A program made the translations under genes and the position numbers. The notes beneath the pieces were generated by a model, which searched no databases, had not been told where the DNA came from, and saw nothing but the letters and a program-made list of their open reading frames with translations. A stretch of DNA of 64,000 bases from a virus. Position 1 is the first letter of the stretch; every line of letters starts with the position of its first letter. The DNA lies in IMG/VR virus record IMGVR_UViG_3300049988_000245, positions 62,742-126,741 of that record, one strand, 5' to 3'. Below are positions 48,510 to 58,712 of the stretch, one piece after another.

Positions 48510-48766
48510 CTGTTGAGCGCGCGCAGCAGGCTGTCGAAGCCGTGGCCTCGTGCGCGCCCCTTCAGGAAGCGCCACTTGCCCGTGCTGGGCCAGTAATCGA
48601 CAGACTCGATAATGCGAAGGTGAGGCCCGTGGGGGCTCAACTCGCGAACCATGAAGCCCAAATGCTCCAGCTTCGCGATCTGCTCTGGCGCCTTGTCTGC
48701 GCGCTCCTGGCGCTGTTCCTTACGGTGCGCACGCAGGTCGTTGAAGATGTCTCCCATGTCGCCCAT
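48506..48766 (-). CDS. hypothetical phage protein
   Basis: MGDMGDIF...HLRI...VDYWPSTGKW. Confidence 0.65.
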   Translation of the reverse strand: MGDMGDIFNDLRAHRKEQRQERADKAPEQIAKLEHLGFMVRELSPHGPHLRIIESVDYWPSTGKWRFLKGRARGHGFDSLLRALNS

Positions 48767-48769
48767 GAT

Positions 48770-49108
48770 TCAGCCCTCGATCTCGCCAACCTCGTAGTGA
48801 TTCCCCACCTTACCACCATATTTGATTCGGAAGTGAAATGCATCGTTCGGATTCCCGAAAAAGAACACGTTGGTTAACGGGAGAACCTTGCCGTACTCGA
48901 TTGGCATCTGGGATCGGAACAGGCTCACCCGCATGTGCCAGAGCGAAGATACGTTCTCGATGATCCACTCGTGCATCTCGCGATCGTACGGATGCGCGTA
49001 CAGCGTCACCATATGGGGGAACGTTTCTTCCACCCAGGCCCAATACTGCTTGTTATTGGACGTGTTGAGTTCGTCCTTGGCGTGAACCCGTTTTGTTTCC
49101 GGGTCCAT
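48770..49108 (-). CDS. FKMRW-family protein
   Basis: EWIIENV...NPNDAFHFRIKYG; start uncertain. Confidence 0.7.
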   Translation of the reverse strand: MDPETKRVHAKDELNTSNNKQYWAWVEETFPHMVTLYAHPYDREMHEWIIENVSSLWHMRVSLFRSQMPIEYGKVLPLTNVFFFGNPNDAFHFRIKYGGKVGNHYEVGEIEG

Positions 49109-49209
49109 CACCGCCAGCGGATGGATATGGCCCTGGATGATGTAGAGACGGCGCAATAACTTACGTCGTAAAATTCTTGTTATTCGAAATAATCTTGCTA
49201 GTAGCACGT

Positions 49210-49419
49210 TTACCCCCATGACATTTTGAATTCCAGGGCTGTCGTATCGTTTTTGATCAAGACATTTCCACAAAGTGTAAGTTCCCAATCAAGAAATTCT
49301 ATTCCTACGTGCTCTTTCAACCACGAGCGAATATTATATCGATCAATCTCAGATTCTGAAGTGAACATGTGTGGTAAGTCAACGTTGTGATTTGCAATTT
49401 TGTGATATCGAAACCTCAT
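49210..49419 (-). CDS. FKMRW-family mini-protein
   Basis: WLKEHVG...DTTALEFKMSWG. Confidence 0.8.
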   Translation of the reverse strand: MRFRYHKIANHNVDLPHMFTSESEIDRYNIRSWLKEHVGIEFLDWELTLCGNVLIKNDTTALEFKMSWG

Positions 49420-49673
49420 CCCCACCTCACGCGAAACGCCGTGGCATCGACATCTGTCGAGATGTCGATGGTCGTCATGTCGGCGCGCCAGCGGGGTACG
49501 ACCGGCTTCACCCCGTAGGCGTAGTCGGGCGGGCCGAACTGCTCGCGGCACCAATGGATCGCCTCGATCATGTTGGCGTTCGTGGTGAAATAGGTTGGGG
49601 AAACAATCATCTCGAAACCGAACGGGTATTTGGTTCCCTTCAGCCGATAAAGCGGTTTGAACTTGATCTCCAT
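49416..49673 (-). CDS. FKMRW-family mini-protein
   Basis: WCREQFG...DVDATAFRVRWG. Confidence 0.8.
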   Translation of the reverse strand: MEIKFKPLYRLKGTKYPFGFEMIVSPTYFTTNANMIEAIHWCREQFGPPDYAYGVKPVVPRWRADMTTIDISTDVDATAFRVRWG

Positions 49674-49921
49674 CAGCACCACCGCATTTTGAAGGCGAGC
49701 GCATCGGGCTCATTTTGGAATACAATATGGAATCCGTTGCACCGGAACGCTTCGCTTTGGTATCCGATTTGATCCATGCACCAGCGTAAGGCGAGGTCGC
49801 GCGTCTCGTAGTAGCTATCTCCGTCGAAGACATGCTGTTTTAGAGAGAACTGATACGGGTAGGTTAGTTTCCGCCCTTTCCGGTCCTCGAATACAGTCGG
49901 CTCTTGAAACCAGTCCACCAT
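49673..49921 (-). CDS. FKMRW-family mini-protein
   Basis: WCMDQIG...EPDALAFKMRWC. Confidence 0.8.
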   Translation of the reverse strand: MVDWFQEPTVFEDRKGRKLTYPYQFSLKQHVFDGDSYYETRDLALRWCMDQIGYQSEAFRCNGFHIVFQNEPDALAFKMRWC

Positions 49922-50187
49922 CAGCAGTACCTCAACTTGAATTCGAGCGCCTGTGGGAGGTCTCGCATATAAATGGTTCCACGGTGTCCGACGCGCCAAT
50001 CCTTTCCGTGCGGGCCGACGTTCTCGACCAGCCATTCGGCGATGAAATCGGGTGTGTAATCGGCACCGGCCCCAATATCAGGATTGGTGGTTTCAACGCA
50101 GCCCGTTCCGAACACCAGCCGATGATGGCGTGGTTGGAACATGTGCTCGTTCGCGTTCACCACGTGATGGTATGAGATTCTGGTCAT
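49921..50187 (-). CDS. FKMRW-family mini-protein
   Basis: WLVENVG...LPQALEFKLRYC. Confidence 0.8.
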   Translation of the reverse strand: MTRISYHHVVNANEHMFQPRHHRLVFGTGCVETTNPDIGAGADYTPDFIAEWLVENVGPHGKDWRVGHRGTIYMRDLPQALEFKLRYC

Positions 50188-50217
50188 TTTACGAATATGA
50201 CCGGAATTGTTAGTTTG

Positions 50218-50664
50218 TCAATTCCCGTAGTACCAGAACAGGAACGAGCGCTTACCATCCTCGCCCTTGTCGATCTGGAAGCCGAAATCGTTGTCGATCA
50301 TCTCCTGAAGCATCGCTCCAAGAGCAGGTACGCCCGCGATTTTACAGAGGTCAATGAAATCCTTGTCCGATTCGTATCCACCGAAGTTGTGACCCCGCAT
50401 GGCTGTGGAGAAGGGTTCTTCGATGCCATCCGGTAGAGGAATCTTGTAGTACTCCATTTGCGTGATCGTACGATCTTCCATCATGATCGCCTCAAGGTTC
50501 TCCAGGGTGATCAGTTGGGCGAACTCCTCCAAAATGATACGGGATTCGACCGCTGCCAGGGCCTGCTTCTCTTTGGCTGCGCGGATAAGTCGATCGCGCT
50601 CCTCAAATTTGTTATGGGCGATCATGCTGGCGTAGGCCGAGCCGAGTTGCTTCAATTTGCTCAT
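50218..50664 (-). CDS. hypothetical protein
   Basis: 148-aa ORF downstream of the nrdA terminator. Confidence 0.65.
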   Translation of the reverse strand: MSKLKQLGSAYASMIAHNKFEERDRLIRAAKEKQALAAVESRIILEEFAQLITLENLEAIMMEDRTITQMEYYKIPLPDGIEEPFSTAMRGHNFGGYESDKDFIDLCKIAGVPALGAMLQEMIDNDFGFQIDKGEDGKRSFLFWYYGN

Positions 50665-50712
50665 CTCAAATGCTCATAAAAGAGGAGCGGGGTTTCCCCC
50701 GCTCCGGTCCAT

Positions 50713-53193
50713 TCAAATCCGGCAGGCGTCGCACTCTTCTTCGTCTGCGGAGATATTTTCGTCTTCGGCGACAGCTTCCTTCGCGTGAACGTCGATCTCA
50801 CCGGCGGAATCATTGGTGTTGTTGTAGTAGAGTGTCTTACCGCCCCACTTGTAGTGCAGCATGATGTGCTTTAGCAGTTCTGACATCGGCACGCGATCGT
50901 CTTCGTAGAACTTCGGGTTATACGAGGTGTTAACCGAAATGGCCTGATCGATGTACTTCTGAAGAATCGCGCAAAGCTGAAGGTAGCCGAGCGGGCTCTT
51001 CTGGTCCCAGAGGAGTTCGTAGTTCTTCTTGAGCTTGCGAATCTCAGGAACGACCTGCTTGAGCACGCCGTGCTTGGACTGCTTCACCGAGACGTACGAG
51101 CGCGGCGCTTCGATTCCGTTGGTCGCGTTGGCGATCTGGGCGGAGGTCTCGGCGGGCATCAGCGCCATCAGCGTGGCATTGCGGATTCCATACTTCTTCA
51201 GGTCGGCGCGGAGAGAATCCCAATCCAGGCGCTCTTCGTGGGCGATCAATTCGTCCACTTCGGCCTTGCGGGTGTCGATCGGGACGATGCCTCGATGATA
51301 TTTTGTATTTTTGGAGAGTAGGCAAGCGCCCTTCTCCTTGGCAAGCTCCACCGACGCCTTAATCAAATAGTACGACCATGCCTCGGCGTACTGATCGACC
51401 AGGGCGATACCCGAGCCATCCGTGTACTTGACGCCGTTCTTCGCGAGGAAATACGCGAAGTTGATGATGCCGATACCGAGCGGACGGTACTCCTGGGTGT
51501 GCTTCTGAGCGGCCAGAACAGGGTATTCCTGATGGTCGAGCAGGTTGTCGAGGGCGCGGACCGCAAGGCGGCAGATGCGCTCGAAATCGTGCGGCGACTT
51601 GATCACGCCCCAATTGATCGCGGAGAGCGTGCACAGGGCGATGCGGGACATGTCGTCCTCGCGCTCAACCTCGACCATGTTGGTCTTCGAGTACCAGGGC
51701 GTACCGGCCTCATCCAAACCGGATTCGGTTTTCACGGAGGAGCCGACCACATTGACGATCGCGTTGTTCGCGCGAGCCGCTTCCATGAAGGTCACGAGTT
51801 CGGCCACCGGGATCGAGAGGCGCTGCGTCTGCACGGTACCCATCGGGGTCGTGGTGAGGGTAATCTCGCAGCAGAGGTTCGACATATGGACGGGCGCCAC
51901 CTTCTCGTCGAACGACGAATGGGTGTTGGCGTTGTCCACGTTCATCAGGTAGATTCGGCCAGTGTCCTTGCGCTCGTTCACGAACGTGGTGAACAGTTCG
52001 AGGGCCTTGACCTTCTTCTTGCGCAGGCGGGTGTTGCGCTCGGCGGTCTCGTAAAGCTGCTTGAACTTGTCCTGATCGGCGAAGAACGCCTCGTACAGCC
52101 CAGGGACATCCGAAGGAGAGAACAGGGTGATCTCACCGCCAGTGATCAGTCGCTCATAGAAGAGCTTCGAGAACTGAACGCCGTAGTCCATGTGACGGAC
52201 GCGGTTCTCTTCGACGCCCTTGTTGTTCTTCAGAACGAGGAGGCTTTCCACCTCAAGGTGCCAGATCGGGTAGTAGAGAGTCGCCGAGCCCTTGCGGACG
52301 CCGCCCTGGTTGCAGGAATTCACAGCCGACTGGAAATGCTTGAAGAACGGCGTCAGACCGGTGTGAGAGGCGTCACCGTTCCGGATGGGCGAGCCGAGCG
52401 CGCGGATCGAGCCCGCGCCGATGCCGATACCGGCACGCTGAGATACGTAGTCGATGACGGCGGCCGAGGTCGCGTTGATCGACTTCAGGGAGTCGCCGCA
52501 CTCAATCAGGGTGCACGAGGAGTACTGACGCACAGCCGTACGCACGCCCGACATAATCGGCGTGGGGAGGGAGATTTCGTGCTTCGAGATGGACTCGTAG
52601 TAGTCCCGCACCCACTGGAGGCGGGTTTCCTTGGGGTATCGGGCGAACAGCACCGCCGCGACGAGGATGTAGAGAATCTGTGGGGTCTCAAGAATCTCGC
52701 CTGTGACGCGATTCTGGACTAGATACTTGCCGCGCATCTGCTCCATGGCGACGTAGGTCAGCGCCATGTCTCGCTCATGATTGACGAATCCGCCGATCTC
52801 GTCCCACTCGGACTCGGTGTAGTCGGTGAGCAGCGCGGGGTCGTAAAAACCCTTCTCGACGTTCGTCTTGATCACGTCGAACAGGCGAAGCGCCTGAAAG
52901 CGGCCATGGACCTGCTTGCGCAGATGATAGTTGACCAGACGACCAGCAACGTACTGGTAGTTGGGGTGATCTTCGGAGATCAGGTCGGCCGCAGCCTTGA
53001 TCAGAGTCTCTTGAATATCAGAGGTCTTCATACCATCGAAGAACTGAATCTGCGAACGCAGTTCGACTTCGGATGCGCTGACGCCGGACAAGCCCTCGGT
53101 CGCCCAGAAGACGACCTTGTGCAGCTTTTCCAGATTCAGGGGTTCTTTAGTGCCATCACGCTTCGTGACGTTGATCTTCATACCAATATCCAT
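50713..53193 (-). CDS. nrdA: class Ia ribonucleotide reductase alpha subunit with ATP cone
   Basis: VTKRDG ATP cone, YSSCTL, SNLCCEI, IALCTLSA, KTLYY, C-terminal CDAC. Confidence 0.97.
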   Translation of the reverse strand: MDIGMKINVTKRDGTKEPLNLEKLHKVVFWATEGLSGVSASEVELRSQIQFFDGMKTSDIQETLIKAAADLISEDHPNYQYVAGRLVNYHLRKQVHGRFQALRLFDVIKTNVEKGFYDPALLTDYTESEWDEIGGFVNHERDMALTYVAMEQMRGKYLVQNRVTGEILETPQILYILVAAVLFARYPKETRLQWVRDYYESISKHEISLPTPIMSGVRTAVRQYSSCTLIECGDSLKSINATSAAVIDYVSQRAGIGIGAGSIRALGSPIRNGDASHTGLTPFFKHFQSAVNSCNQGGVRKGSATLYYPIWHLEVESLLVLKNNKGVEENRVRHMDYGVQFSKLFYERLITGGEITLFSPSDVPGLYEAFFADQDKFKQLYETAERNTRLRKKKVKALELFTTFVNERKDTGRIYLMNVDNANTHSSFDEKVAPVHMSNLCCEITLTTTPMGTVQTQRLSIPVAELVTFMEAARANNAIVNVVGSSVKTESGLDEAGTPWYSKTNMVEVEREDDMSRIALCTLSAINWGVIKSPHDFERICRLAVRALDNLLDHQEYPVLAAQKHTQEYRPLGIGIINFAYFLAKNGVKYTDGSGIALVDQYAEAWSYYLIKASVELAKEKGACLLSKNTKYHRGIVPIDTRKAEVDELIAHEERLDWDSLRADLKKYGIRNATLMALMPAETSAQIANATNGIEAPRSYVSVKQSKHGVLKQVVPEIRKLKKNYELLWDQKSPLGYLQLCAILQKYIDQAISVNTSYNPKFYEDDRVPMSELLKHIMLHYKWGGKTLYYNNTNDSAGEIDVHAKEAVAEDENISADEEECDACRI

Positions 53194-53305
53194 CTGTAAA
53201 ATGCTCTCTCTAAATTTAAACGGGAGTTATTTACGCGAGTAAAAACCTGTTTAAAGTCACAGAGAATAAAGAAAAATCTGAGATAAAATGAGAGAGCAAA
53301 GCCTA

Positions 53306-53773
53306 CTAAGGCTTCAGTGGTTCTGCAATTTCTTTGTCGATGATGATGGGGAATTCTGGTACGGGCAGAGATTCCACATCGAATCCTTCACCCGCGTCGT
53401 ACGAGAACGAGATATGCGGGTTGTATTCTGGAAAGTCGTACGAGGCGCCACGGCTCATCGCGAGGTCGAATCGCGTCCGCAGGTACGAGGATTCCAGATG
53501 GAGCACCAGAACGGGCTTCTTCGTGTTGTGGTCTTCCCAGACCTCCCAACCGGTTGCTTTGGCTTCATGACCGATGTCGTGCTCGGCTCGCCAGAAGAGC
53601 GGCTTCTTGCTGTACACGATGGTGGTGTGATAGCGAGATGGGACGATTGGATTTTTGATCTTGAAGTCATCGACAAACTTTGAGAGGTCTTTGACCGTCT
53701 GTTTGTCAAACTTCACGCATACGTACAGGCCGTTTTTCGGCTCTGAGTCTTCCATAATTTCAGCAAAACGCAT
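53306..53773 (-). CDS. 2H phosphoesterase, T4 gp57B/Acb1-like (anti-CBASS candidate)
   Basis: GLYVCVKF, YHTTIVYS and YDFPEYNPHISFSY (two HxT/S motifs). Confidence 0.8.
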   Translation of the reverse strand: MRFAEIMEDSEPKNGLYVCVKFDKQTVKDLSKFVDDFKIKNPIVPSRYHTTIVYSKKPLFWRAEHDIGHEAKATGWEVWEDHNTKKPVLVLHLESSYLRTRFDLAMSRGASYDFPEYNPHISFSYDAGEGFDVESLPVPEFPIIIDKEIAEPLKP

Positions 53774-53835
53774 TGGGGGCTCACAAAATGATCCCCCAAT
53801 GATACTATTCTGACATTCGAATTAGCAATAATCTG

Positions 53836-54300
53836 TTAAGATTTGCAGTCGATGGCTTTGTAACCTCGACCAACATTCTGCCAGCAAACAAGAATTTCCT
53901 TACGAGTATTAGGAATTTCTACAACAGTATCAAACTCATAGTTGAGCCAGAATTTGTTATCTACTTGAACAACAAGCATCATATCGGAAAGATCATGATC
54001 CTTTACCAGTGCTAGCTTCAAACGAGAGCCGTCCCATCCGGATAGCCTTAGCGTTTGCTCCATTCCAATCGCTACACTATTGCGGCACCAATCGTTTTCC
54101 GCGATCATCTCCCAGATTGTCGGCCACGTCTTCGCATCTTCCGCGTCATAGGCAAAGCGTGAAAGTGGAGCTTTAGACCAGTGATTGGCGACCCGTGCAA
54201 GCTGTTCGTCCTCCGGCATACCCGAGAGGGAATTCCGGAGGTCTTTCCAATCTTTGAGACGTTCGCGTGGATTCAATAGAAAAGGATTCATAGTACGCAT
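53836..54300 (-). CDS. hypothetical protein
   Basis: RLKDWKDLR...WSKAP...WPTIWEMI; in a late operon. Confidence 0.65.
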   Translation of the reverse strand: MRTMNPFLLNPRERLKDWKDLRNSLSGMPEDEQLARVANHWSKAPLSRFAYDAEDAKTWPTIWEMIAENDWCRNSVAIGMEQTLRLSGWDGSRLKLALVKDHDLSDMMLVVQVDNKFWLNYEFDTVVEIPNTRKEILVCWQNVGRGYKAIDCKS

Positions 54301-54333
54301 AGTGTAGACCGGACTTTCTATGAAATCGATATA

Positions 54334-56652
54334 TTAGGTACCGAAAGCGCGGATAGTAAATTCGAGAGATCGTGGGTCGTACATGGTGCCATTCTGGTTC
54401 GGTGTCTTCATAGTGATGCGATTCACTGTGAAATCCTGACCTGTCTTTCTCATAAATTCCACACGCGTTGACCAGTTATCGTCGAACGTTCCATATTGAG
54501 CGCTGGCGGAGACATGTACCGCAGTATCAGGAAGCGGAGTGGTGAAATTGAAAGTAAACACTCCGGTATCCTGTCGAACAATACTGGCGATATTCAGCAG
54601 CTTCGACTTTGTATAGTCGATAGTTCCATTATCGTTCACGTAGATGTAACATGCCACCAATGGTGCGGTTCCCCCACCGCCCGATCCGCCGCCGGACGAC
54701 GATCCGGCCGGACCCTGGGGGCCAGCCGGACCTTGAGGACCAGCGGGACCGGCAGGGCCGGTGGGTCCCGCAGGACCCTGGGGGCCAGCCGGACCGGTCG
54801 CTCCAGAGCCCGATCCATCGGCAGACGTTGGGACGAGAAGCCACGCAGAATCTGCACCCGGTACCGAGGGCGTGTTAGCCTGTAGGCATAGGTATGTTTT
54901 GCAATTGTATGTGACTGTATCGGAGTAATAATAGGCTGAACCCGTGGGCACGGACGATGATGCAGGAACGTTAATCTGTGAGAAATAGACATTGTCAAAC
55001 CCACGGAACGAGCTACCGTCCTTACTGTACGAAAATCTAGCAGTATGCGAGCCAACGGCTAGGGCTCGGCTCGTATACGTTTTATAGTCCGAGTAAACTC
55101 CGCTATCTTGAAAATCTTCTACGCCGTCGATTAGGACGCGAAATTTGTCATAAACGTTCTCAGACTGAAGAAAGTAACGCGCCGTTAAATGGTTATCAAC
55201 GCCCTCTTCAACGACGAAATCGATGTCAAAGTATGTATTCTCGCTGTTACCGATTGTCTGCATACGCAAAGCGTTCGACGTTCCGATAGTCACATCCGGC
55301 TTAGATTCAACCACCCAATCAGTGTTTGAGAGTGAGAATCGGAAAGAAGACGGGACGGCGTTGCGATCGGCAAACTGAATGACGCCAGAGGCTAACACCG
55401 GAGGAGCGACCCATGCGCCACGGAAGCTGGCTACAGGCGCGGTTGTTCCACTGGACCCACCCGTGATCACCACGCTGGCCTTCCCATTGCCTCCATTGGT
55501 CACCGTCACGCCGGTACCAGAGAACGCAATCTCGCTCACCGTGCTGATCGAGGTTGCAGCGGATGAGACCTTGAGTGGAGATACAGGGGCGGCCCCGACC
55601 GCCGAGATGGTGATCTCGTTGGTCGTCGTGGCCATGTTAATACCCGTACCCGGACGCAGGGTGCGGAACTGAATCTCGCGCGACGGCGTGATGGTGGCGA
55701 ACAGGCCGAGGCCGGAGCCAACGTTCGAGACCGTGTAGTCAGTGCTCGACGTGTCGCCATCCTGAAGCACGTTGAAGTCAAGCTTACCCTGGGTGTCGTT
55801 ATAGGTGACCGAGATGCCAACCTGAACATCACGGGTGACCATTTCACCGACGATGTCTTCGATGTCCTCGCGCGAGAACTTCGACACGCCCTGGGTGGAG
55901 AATTCGCTCGACGTGCTGAAGCCGTTGTCGAATGGGCTCGCCGTGTTGGTGAGCGGTCGCTCCAGGCGGAACCACAGGTACACCGGGGCATCGAGCGAGG
56001 AGCAGTACTGAAGGCGGAAATAACGGTCGCCGATAGCGCCACCACGAATCACACGAAACTGCACGTTGTCGTAAGCCAGCGCAGGGTTAATGGCGTCTGG
56101 CATAGTTAGGTCGAGACGACGGGCGGTGAGGGCATCGTCCTTGATCAGGGCTTCTTCCGCATTGGGTTCAGACATGAAACGAAGATGACCCGTGCGCAGA
56201 GGGGTGCTGTCGCGGTCGTCTGCTACCACGTGATAGTCGAGTGCTGCGACGATCTCTTCCCCAGGTAGACGAAAGGCTGAGGCTGTACCGTAAGAGCGCT
56301 CGACACGCACGTCAGTCCAGTCATCCACACCCGTTGGTGAGAGGACAGCCTTGAAGAATCCACCGGAGCCGATATCACGCTGGAGAAAGCTGAAAATCCG
56401 CTGCAACGCGTCAGTGGACGCCTCGGTGAGAATTTCGAGGTTCTGGTACGGGAAAGCAGTGCGTTTGTAATTGGGTTGCCCATAGCTGGGCGTCTGGCCG
56501 ATGAAGAGACGGCCAGAATCGACGGTGAACGCGATCTCACCTGTTGCGAGCGCGTTCTCGAACACCAGGGGCGTGAGGCTCAGTGGCTTGCCGGGCAGGT
56601 CCAATTCTGCGCCACGACGGTACTGAAGCTTGCTAACTTGAAAAACTGGCAT
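54334..56652 (-). CDS. tail-fibre-like virion protein with collagen-like repeat
   Basis: LQYRRG...GEIAFTVDSGRLFIG N-terminal anchor; GPAGPQ repeats; lower-GC distal modules; TAAATA upstream. Confidence 0.75.
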   Translation of the reverse strand: MPVFQVSKLQYRRGAELDLPGKPLSLTPLVFENALATGEIAFTVDSGRLFIGQTPSYGQPNYKRTAFPYQNLEILTEASTDALQRIFSFLQRDIGSGGFFKAVLSPTGVDDWTDVRVERSYGTASAFRLPGEEIVAALDYHVVADDRDSTPLRTGHLRFMSEPNAEEALIKDDALTARRLDLTMPDAINPALAYDNVQFRVIRGGAIGDRYFRLQYCSSLDAPVYLWFRLERPLTNTASPFDNGFSTSSEFSTQGVSKFSREDIEDIVGEMVTRDVQVGISVTYNDTQGKLDFNVLQDGDTSSTDYTVSNVGSGLGLFATITPSREIQFRTLRPGTGINMATTTNEITISAVGAAPVSPLKVSSAATSISTVSEIAFSGTGVTVTNGGNGKASVVITGGSSGTTAPVASFRGAWVAPPVLASGVIQFADRNAVPSSFRFSLSNTDWVVESKPDVTIGTSNALRMQTIGNSENTYFDIDFVVEEGVDNHLTARYFLQSENVYDKFRVLIDGVEDFQDSGVYSDYKTYTSRALAVGSHTARFSYSKDGSSFRGFDNVYFSQINVPASSSVPTGSAYYYSDTVTYNCKTYLCLQANTPSVPGADSAWLLVPTSADGSGSGATGPAGPQGPAGPTGPAGPAGPQGPAGPQGPAGSSSGGGSGGGGTAPLVACYIYVNDNGTIDYTKSKLLNIASIVRQDTGVFTFNFTTPLPDTAVHVSASAQYGTFDDNWSTRVEFMRKTGQDFTVNRITMKTPNQNGTMYDPRSLEFTIRAFGT

Positions 56653-56764
56653 ATGTCAAAAAACCCCGTCGTTAACCATTTTGGTTATTTATTCGAAGCT
56701 TAAGGGGTTGAGATTTTTCGATTCTGATGTATCGTCGTTGGGCGAAGCTCCTTGCGAGGACCCC

Positions 56765-57352
56765 ATGGGCTATCAAAATCCACAAGAAGACATGATGAAG
56801 GAGGCGGAGGGTGTCGGTACTCTGCTCCAAAACCTTGAAGCGATGGGGATAAGCTGTCCCGAACTGATACAGGCTTCGATCGAGTCGGAAACGAATTTCG
56901 TCGAGGTGGTCGAAGCTCAGCTTAAGGCGGCTGGCGAAGTCCAGGCGATGATCGACGGCCTCGACGAATATACGAAGTCACTCGGCGAGCGGAAGGCGCG
57001 CTTCAAGAAGATGGTCGATCAGATTCGCGAGGGCATCGCGGAAGCACTCAGTCGGGCCGAGAAGAAGTCCCTGGTCACCGCATTCGGCACAGTCAGCGCC
57101 GGAAAGGCACCGGCCAGCCTTAAGGTTACCTCCGAGGCGCAGGTACCGGAGCATTACTTCGGCATGACCCTGAACACGGCCGATCTGAAGCGCGACATGG
57201 TTGCGTGGCAGAAGGCGTACGACGCGCTGGACAAGATCAAGGACGACGACGAGCGCACCAAGGCTCGCGCCGAATACGTGAAGAAGCACCCGCCCATTCC
57301 GGGTGCCGAACTGATCGAGGGTAAGCAGACCCTGACGATCCGGAGGAAGTGA
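56765..57352 (+). CDS. siphovirus Gp157-like protein
   Basis: SIESET, coiled coil, TVS...P, IPGAELIEGKQTLTIR. Confidence 0.65.
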   Translation: MGYQNPQEDMMKEAEGVGTLLQNLEAMGISCPELIQASIESETNFVEVVEAQLKAAGEVQAMIDGLDEYTKSLGERKARFKKMVDQIREGIAEALSRAEKKSLVTAFGTVSAGKAPASLKVTSEAQVPEHYFGMTLNTADLKRDMVAWQKAYDALDKIKDDDERTKARAEYVKKHPPIPGAELIEGKQTLTIRRK

Positions 57353-58383
57353 TGCCCAAGGCCGTTGTGACCCCCGAGGAGGGGGAGAACCTGAACTTCG
57401 CACTCGATCTGGAGCTTTGGGGTCCGGATCATATCAAGAGGTGCCGCGAGCGCTTCCGGGAAGCTACCCTGGAAACGTTCATCGACGTGATGCGCAGGGC
57501 CAAAAAGCTTGGGCGCGATCCGCTCACCGATATTTGGCAGGCGTCGGACGGCGCTTTCCTCATGCACGCCCATGCGATGTTCGATTATGCCAGTTCGACC
57601 GGCCGTTATGCGCCCGGAGATACCGTCCCTGTATACGAGACCACTGAGAAGGTGGATTCGACGAACCCGCACGGGCTCATTCGCTGCACCGTCACGATCA
57701 AGGTCAAGACGGACGACGGCAAATGGCATGACTGTCCGGGCGAGGCATTCTGGGACGATCTCGTTCCCCTGGTGAACACCCGGTTCGACAACGTCACGGG
57801 CCAATTCGTCGGCGGTGTGGTCTCGAACGCCTCCGGCTGGGCGTCGATGCCCCACATTCTGCTGCGCAAGTGCGCTTACGTGGACGCGCTGAAGCGCGCA
57901 TTCCCGGAGCTTGCCTCGTTCACCGTTCGCGAGGAGAACGAGCGCGGCGCCAGCATGGATCAGCAGCGCCCGGCCGCACCGAAGATGCCCTCGGCAGATG
58001 TGCCGGTGGCCGACCCCACCGGGGGCGAGCGGGTCGATCGGACCTACTACATCGACACGAACTGGCTCGACGGCGATTCCGAAATGGTCGCCGAGACCGA
58101 TTTCTTCGACCGGGTTACCGCGTTCCTGGCCGGTGAGATCGAAGAGGGTCGCCCCGCCAGGGCGGCCGAGTGGTTCCGCAAGAACGAGCCCGCCTTCGAT
58201 GAGTTCTGGCTGCGCGATCAGCGCCTCACCAAGCGTAAGAATGCCGTGGCGATCAAGAAGTACCTCTCGGCCGCCATAGACGCCGCTGCGGCCCAGGACG
58301 CGGCTCAGAGCAGCGAAGTGATCGGGGCCGCCCCAGCGACCATTGCAAGGCCCCGTAGGAGCCGTGTGAGCATCGTCGAATGA
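57352..58383 (+). CDS. Red-beta/RecT-like single-strand annealing protein
   Basis: LGRDPL...STGRY...W..MPHILLRKCAYVDALKRAFP. Confidence 0.7.
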   Translation: MPKAVVTPEEGENLNFALDLELWGPDHIKRCRERFREATLETFIDVMRRAKKLGRDPLTDIWQASDGAFLMHAHAMFDYASSTGRYAPGDTVPVYETTEKVDSTNPHGLIRCTVTIKVKTDDGKWHDCPGEAFWDDLVPLVNTRFDNVTGQFVGGVVSNASGWASMPHILLRKCAYVDALKRAFPELASFTVREENERGASMDQQRPAAPKMPSADVPVADPTGGERVDRTYYIDTNWLDGDSEMVAETDFFDRVTAFLAGEIEEGRPARAAEWFRKNEPAFDEFWLRDQRLTKRKNAVAIKKYLSAAIDAAAAQDAAQSSEVIGAAPATIARPRRSRVSIVE

Positions 58384-58712
58384 GATGGATGGTCAAGGTC
58401 GTTCGGGTTGATCTCGCCGATGTGGAAGCGGATTCGATTCCACGTCTGTGTGAGGACGCCCTGGAAAACGCGATGGACGGTATCGGGGACAAGACGGTGG
58501 TCTCGATCAGCCAGAGTCAGGTGCGGACCACGTACGATTCGTCGAGCGACTATCGCTCGAACATGGTCGGGGAGAATTCCCTCGTCTATACGATCGTCTA
58601 CAAGGCTTGAACGAATATGGCCCCGGTGAGTAATCACCGGGGCCATAATGTTTAATAAATATACACACATAACTGAATATATTATCAGTATATAACCATA
58701 CAAAGGAATACT

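Noticed and set aside
51640..51860. Intein in NrdA
   Set aside because: Too short, with no N-terminal C/S block or C-terminal HN motif.
54700..54800. Short tandem DNA repeat
   Set aside because: Explained by the collagen-like GPAGPQ coding repeat.
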